A stretch of DNA of 64,000 bases from contig OX597816.1 in assembly GCA_951406725.2 (NCBI GenBank), positions 162,936,001 to 163,000,000 on the forward strand, in the 5' to 3' direction. This DNA is from Octopus vulgaris. Its lineage: Eukaryota. A model generated the notes under the pieces. That model saw only the letters and a program-made list of their open reading frames with translations. It did not search any database and was not told where the DNA came from. Made by a program: the position numbers and the translations under genes. Position 1 is the first letter of the stretch, and each line of letters begins with the position of its first letter. Of the stretch, positions 58,961 to 64,000 are shown one piece after another.

Positions 58961-61072
58961 ATGTCCTTTATTCAGTTCGATATTAATAGTTATTACTATA
59001 GTATTTCCCCTATCTTACTCAACAAATCACTAATATTTGCCATGAATCGCTCCCTCATATCTAGAGAAGAAATCAATATTGTGCTACTAGCTAGGAAGAC
59101 ATTTATAGAATTTGAAGATAAATTATGGACTAGAGCAGATACACCTAATTATTTTGATATACCAATGGGTTCCAGTGATTCGGCTGAGGTAACCAACCTA
59201 GTAGGCACATATCTATTAAAATGCATAAGCAAGGATATCCCAGAAATACAGGGGGGTCTATATAGGGATGATGCTCTGTTTGTTATCCCTAGTAATAATA
59301 AATCTGTTATAGAAAGGATTAGAAAGAAAATTAATAAGTTCTTTAAGGATTTCAACCTCAGTATAACGTATGAACCGGGCACTAAAATAGTTAACTTCCT
59401 AGATATTACGCTAGACCTTAACTCCAAGCTGCATTACCCATTTAGAAAGGAAGGCGAAATCACGAATTACGTAAATAAATTATCAAATCATCCCCCAAAT
59501 ATAATTGAATCTTTAGTAAGAAATATTTCATTAAGAATTTCAAAATTATCATCCAATAAGGATATATTTAACTCCCATTCTGAGCATTATAATGCGGCGT
59601 TAACTAAGGCTGGATACAACCAAAAGATTACATTCGTTGATAAGGAGAACTCACGTATTCCTAATAAGGAAGTTATCAGTAATCACGTTAGCAGCAATAT
59701 AGACCAAGCCCGAAATATAAGTAGAATTAAATTAACGGTAAACGCTAATCTAACGTACAGTCCCAACAATTCAAATAGAAGCATTGACCAGAACATAGGT
59801 AACTCGGATAATATCGAAGTAGATAAACCAAAGATGCACACAAATAAAAATAAAAATAATGGTAATAAATACAATAGCTCCGGTGAGATGAATAGTAATA
59901 ATTCCACGAACCCTAAATTTAATAAAAAAGGTATAATATGGCTGAATATTCCTTTCAACTGTGCGATACAATCGGATATACAGAACAAATTCAAAGTAAT
60001 TCTGGAAAAAAATTTCCCAATCTCTCATAGATATCATAGAATTATTTCTAGGAAAACAGTTAGGATTTCTTATTCAACCCTCCCAAATATGTCCACTTTA
60101 ATAGCTAAGATTAATAATAACAACATTAAACTAGCCAGGAAAAATAGAAATAAAAATAATAATATCAGCATGAATACCAATAGCAATTATAATATTACTA
60201 CCAACAATAAAAACAGCAATAGTAACTATCAAAACATGGGTGAAATTAGTTACCACAGAATGACTAATAACATTAACATTAATAGTAATAATAACAATAC
60301 CGATATTAATAGAAGTAATAATGTTAATAATAGAAATAATAGAAATAAGGCTAATGGAGAAAATAAGGAGAATGAAAATATCAGTGATATCTATAGCAAC
60401 AATATGCAGTCGGATAAAAAGACTAACAATAATAGTAAAATTACCAATAATATAAGAAATCATGGTAGGACTTTAGACCTAAAAGATGAAACAGAAGGAT
60501 CAATAAATAATAGCAATACTTTAGATATCAGCACCAACTATAGAAATATTAATAACAATAAGGACAATTATACTCATGATAATCAAAATAATAGGAACCT
60601 AAGACATCTACCCAAGAATAATCCAAAACCTGAAGTTGTTCCTCCTGTGTGTAAGTGTAGAATAAAATCAAAATGCCCGGCACCTGGTCTATGCGGGGAA
60701 AATAATGTAATCTATAAATGTACCATATCCACGGAGAATAACAAATATTTTTACATTGGATGTACAATTAATTTTCTAGCCAGAGTTAGAAATCACATCT
60801 CGTCTTTTAAATTACGTCATAAAGCTGGTACCACCACACTTTCAAACAAAATCTGGGAACTCAAAAATAATAATAATAATTACAACCTTAATTGGGAAAT
60901 AGTTAGGAGAGCAATTCCGTATAAAAATAGCAGGGTTGGTTGCCAACTATGCTCCATGGAGACGTATGAAATTCTAAAGCATAGAAAACATAGAAACTTA
61001 TTGAATAACCATATCGAACTAGGTCAAGTTTGTGTCCACGCTAAATTGAAGACTTTAAAATATTTTAAATGA
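58961..61072 (+). CDS. Penelope-like RT (C-terminal part) + Asn-rich linker + GIY-YIG endonuclease; N-truncated, ATG not the native start
   Basis: RT motifs FIQFDINSYY, PMGSSDSAE, GLYRDD, NFLDITLDL, YVNKLSNHPP; Cys motif CKC-x5-CP-x2-GLC; VIY...YIG; R-x2-NH; CQLC; LLN...CVH. Confidence 0.88.
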   Translation: MSFIQFDINSYYYSISPILLNKSLIFAMNRSLISREEINIVLLARKTFIEFEDKLWTRADTPNYFDIPMGSSDSAEVTNLVGTYLLKCISKDIPEIQGGLYRDDALFVIPSNNKSVIERIRKKINKFFKDFNLSITYEPGTKIVNFLDITLDLNSKLHYPFRKEGEITNYVNKLSNHPPNIIESLVRNISLRISKLSSNKDIFNSHSEHYNAALTKAGYNQKITFVDKENSRIPNKEVISNHVSSNIDQARNISRIKLTVNANLTYSPNNSNRSIDQNIGNSDNIEVDKPKMHTNKNKNNGNKYNSSGEMNSNNSTNPKFNKKGIIWLNIPFNCAIQSDIQNKFKVILEKNFPISHRYHRIISRKTVRISYSTLPNMSTLIAKINNNNIKLARKNRNKNNNISMNTNSNYNITTNNKNSNSNYQNMGEISYHRMTNNININSNNNNTDINRSNNVNNRNNRNKANGENKENENISDIYSNNMQSDKKTNNNSKITNNIRNHGRTLDLKDETEGSINNSNTLDISTNYRNINNNKDNYTHDNQNNRNLRHLPKNNPKPEVVPPVCKCRIKSKCPAPGLCGENNVIYKCTISTENNKYFYIGCTINFLARVRNHISSFKLRHKAGTTTLSNKIWELKNNNNNYNLNWEIVRRAIPYKNSRVGCQLCSMETYEILKHRKHRNLLNNHIELGQVCVHAKLKTLKYFK

Positions 61073-62130
61073 TTAGAATATTCGTAACTAGATAGATAGA
61101 TAGATAGATATAACTTGATTTTTACTAGTATAGCACTGCTTTAAGTAGATAACTAAGAGTTCTCACACTACAGTTATCTTTTTCCTTATATCTGCATCAG
61201 TTTTTTTGAGAACAGGGAAATGAATAGTACTTATACGCTGCTTAATTGAGGCTTTATTTAATTTCAAACTCATAATTTTAAATTTTTAAATCTTAATTTT
61301 AAATCTTAATTTTAATTTTTAATTTTAATTCTTAACTTAATCTAATTTAAGTAGCATAACTTTAATAAAATAAAATGAGTTACTAAAGCCCCATAATTCT
61401 ATTTCAAAATTAAATAAATAAGGCTACTCCCTCGGTGATAATATGATTATCTTCATTATGATAGACAATTCCCTAACACCTTGTAAATGATCTTCTAAGA
61501 TTTGACCTGTAGTCCGTCAATGTATGAATAATAACGGCAACTCCTTAAGACAGTAAAATGAATAAAATAAATAAATAAATTTTAATGACTTTTTGATAAG
61601 ATTATACTTAGATTTTCCTAATGTATTTTCTTTTGATTTTAGCCTTTGACCACTAAACCCCTAAACCCCTGACCGTGTTATATCTTTAGATTCTCTTTAA
61701 ATTCATAGCTGCTTTCGACAGCAATAAATTAGCTGTTTTACTGGTCAAAGAATAATATTCTCCTCTAGTTCCTAGATGCCTGTAAATTAAAACCAGACTT
61801 GCCGTCTACTAATTCTTCTGTATAACTAGAACCCTCTTTTTTCTTTTTCTTTTTTTCTCTTTTTTTCCCTTCTTTCCCTATTTCTTTCTCTTTTCTCTTT
61901 TTTTTTCTTCTTATTTTCTTTTTCTTTTTTTCTTTTTCTTTTTCCTTTTCTCTTCTCTTCTAGCCTCCCCCTTTTGCTCCCTCCCCCTTTATTTTCTCTC
62001 TTTCCTTCTCTTTCCTTCCCTTTTCTGTTCTTTGCCTCTCCAGAAAGCCCTTCAGCCTTTAAAAGTTAAATAGCTACAGTCTCTTGAAAATAGCAGTAAT
62101 GTGATTAATGTGGCAAATACCTAATCATAT

Positions 62131-62423
62131 AGCAAGAATTGATACCCACCTCATTGTGTTCAACCCTTGATAAATTTATCGCCTGTGAATATGAAATTCC
62201 TCTTCATTTCTCTGGAAATTTACATCTACACCATTGGAAATTGTGCATCTATACAAAGGATTAATTCACCCTCTCTGTAATGCTAATAAGCAGGAATTGA
62301 AACCCACCTCGTTGTGATTAGCAATGGATAAATTTGTCGTCTGTGAGTATGTAATCCCTCTTCATATCTCTGGAAATTCATATGTACACTATGGATTAAG
62401 TCACTTTCTCTGTGATGCTATTA
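62131..62423 (+). repeat. Two diverged tandem copies (~157 and ~135 bp) in the PLE 3' region
   Basis: agca(a/g)gaattga(t/a)acccacctc...ctctggaaatt...ctctgt(a/g)atgcta at 62131 and 62289. Confidence 0.8.
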
Positions 62424-62571
62424 AAACTTTTTTTAAAATTCTGTGATAAGACTGTACATCATCTTTAAAGAACTTTAATGAACTTTGGAAATCTGTTTAT
62501 GTTACTTAATTATCTACATTACTTCATGAGTATAGCCTCAACCACTAGGATGTCTAGAGAACTCACATGTA

Positions 62572-62662
62572 TTTTAGCTGATGAGTACGGGACACGTTTA
62601 TATGCTGCAATTTTTGCAACTTTTAATAAAGCCTGTCCTTGTATGAAACGATTGTACTAAAA
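62572..62662 (+). ncRNA. Type I hammerhead ribozyme motif at the 3' end of the PLE
   Basis: ttttag-CTGATGA-gtacgggaca...tgtccttgtat-GAAAC-gatt-GTA-ctaaaa: 6-bp stem I, about 10-bp stem II base with one bulge, 2-bp stem III. Confidence 0.8.
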
Positions 62663-62693
62663 ACCTATCCATTCTTGTTGCTTTTTTCTCGCG

Positions 62694-62751
<58 letters not shown>

Positions 62752-63326
62752 AATGCATGTATATGCGTGTGTGAGTTTATATGTATACATATATACAGAG
62801 AGAGAGAATGAGGGAAGGGGATATAAATAGATAGAGAGAGAGAAGGAGAGAAGGAGAGATAAATGAGCCAAGAGAAGTGGCCAGTGGCAAGTATTTGAAG
62901 GACGTAGACAAATATAGGAATATGAAATATTATACAGCATCTAGATGTGTCACAATGACTAAATGGTATTTAAGAACAGCTTTCTCGGAAGAAGGGGAGG
63001 TAATCTCAGGAATGAAGATTTCTCCAAACTTGACATGACACGTAGGAAAAAGACAGGTTTAATGATATTTGTTGGCACGTATTTCTGTCCCTATGGTCAT
63101 CATCAGCACGAAAAGATTACTACAATATCTTCAGTAGCCAAACCAAAGATATAGATAAATGTATAAATATAAATAACCCATTAAAAGCGAAACTTGAAGT
63201 CTTAGTCAAACTTATATTACCAATGAAATTTACTCTACTAAATGTTCAGACAAACGATAAGAGGCATAAAGAACGTATGTACGTGAAAAGTTGCGAATAA
63301 AATTTTTTCATGATGAATTAAGTCAT

Positions 63327-63486
63327 ATCTTAACAGCTGTTTCGAATAGACGATGACTGTTTGATATAACAATGCAGCCCGTGAAATACTGAGACAATAT
63401 TGGAAGTGTCTATGAAAGCAATATATCACCTGGTATGTACTTTGATAGCTCCATCCAGGAGATTTACGACATTCTCTTCAGGGGAT
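63327..63486 (-). ncRNA. Decayed hammerhead motif with ~130-nt stem II domain
   Basis: Minus strand atccc-CTGAAGA-GAAT...ATTC-GAAAC-agct-GTT-aagat; stem I has two mismatches. Confidence 0.5.
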
Positions 63487-64000
63487 CTTCCGTGTCTCAC
63501 TCGCTCTCTCACTCACTTACGTGCTCACTCACCCAATCACTCATGTCACTTACTGTCATATCTCACTCACTAACTGCACTCCACTTACCTTACTCATTCC
63601 ACCAGCACTTCCAGCACTTCCCATTACTACGAAACACCATGTTCTCTCTCTTTCTCTCTTTCTTTCTCTCTCTATCTCTCAATTTTCCCTTCTGTCTCTC
63701 CTCCACACACACTTCCTACCTCACTCCTTCACTGCCTTTCGCTCTATCTTTTCTCCACAAACTCCCCTCTCTCTTTTTTCTACATCTCTTTTCCAGCTCC
63801 TCTTCGTCCTATGCTCTCCATATTTCTCGTCTCCTTTACATATCACCATTTGACACTCATACCTACTCATTAACAGTATTACCATTTCTTACTCATACCC
63901 ACCCATTCTTTTTAACCCTTACTACTCCTAACAAATCTACCATATTTACCCTCAAATTCCCTCTTCCCCTCCGCCCCTCCTCTCCCTTGTTAATTATTTC

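Larger units (their letters stand above)
58815..62693 (+). mobile_element. 5'-truncated Penelope-like retroelement (Naiad-type) inserted in (TA)n
   Basis: Starts abruptly after (TA)n with RT motif CPTKSDIGRLSKSILD, one frameshift near 58880, then a 703-aa RT-GIY-YIG ORF. A 1.6-kb 3' region with a hammerhead motif ends in (TA)n at about 62693. Confidence 0.9.

Noticed and set aside
61070-61072. Terminal TGA as selenocysteine readthrough
   Set aside because: It follows the expected C-terminal motif, another stop occurs within a few codons, and no SECIS was recognised.

Overview
AT-rich, microsatellite-saturated animal non-coding DNA, most likely from an octopus or related coleoid (inferred from the SINE families and (TA)n/(CATA)n density). 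I can support no host protein-coding exon; almost all ORFs in the track are microsatellite translations. The window is a mosaic of mobile DNA: a 5'-truncated Naiad-type Penelope-like element (RT, Asn-rich linker, GIY-YIG, 3' hammerhead; 58815-62693), a decayed R4/Dong-type LINE with three 3' fragments tied to (CATA)n, three tRNA-SINE families, a CR1-like tail, a non-autonomous Helitron and Tc1/mariner derivatives. The most striking unexplained layer is at least seven dissimilar minimal type-I hammerhead ribozyme motifs, plus about five copies of a related degenerate variant. They have tiny, mostly palindromic stem III and very variable stem II, and several sit in short cassettes between (TA)n tracts, three of them stacked at 9872-10915. 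Several long inverted duplications next to (TA)n accompany them. All structure calls were made by eye.
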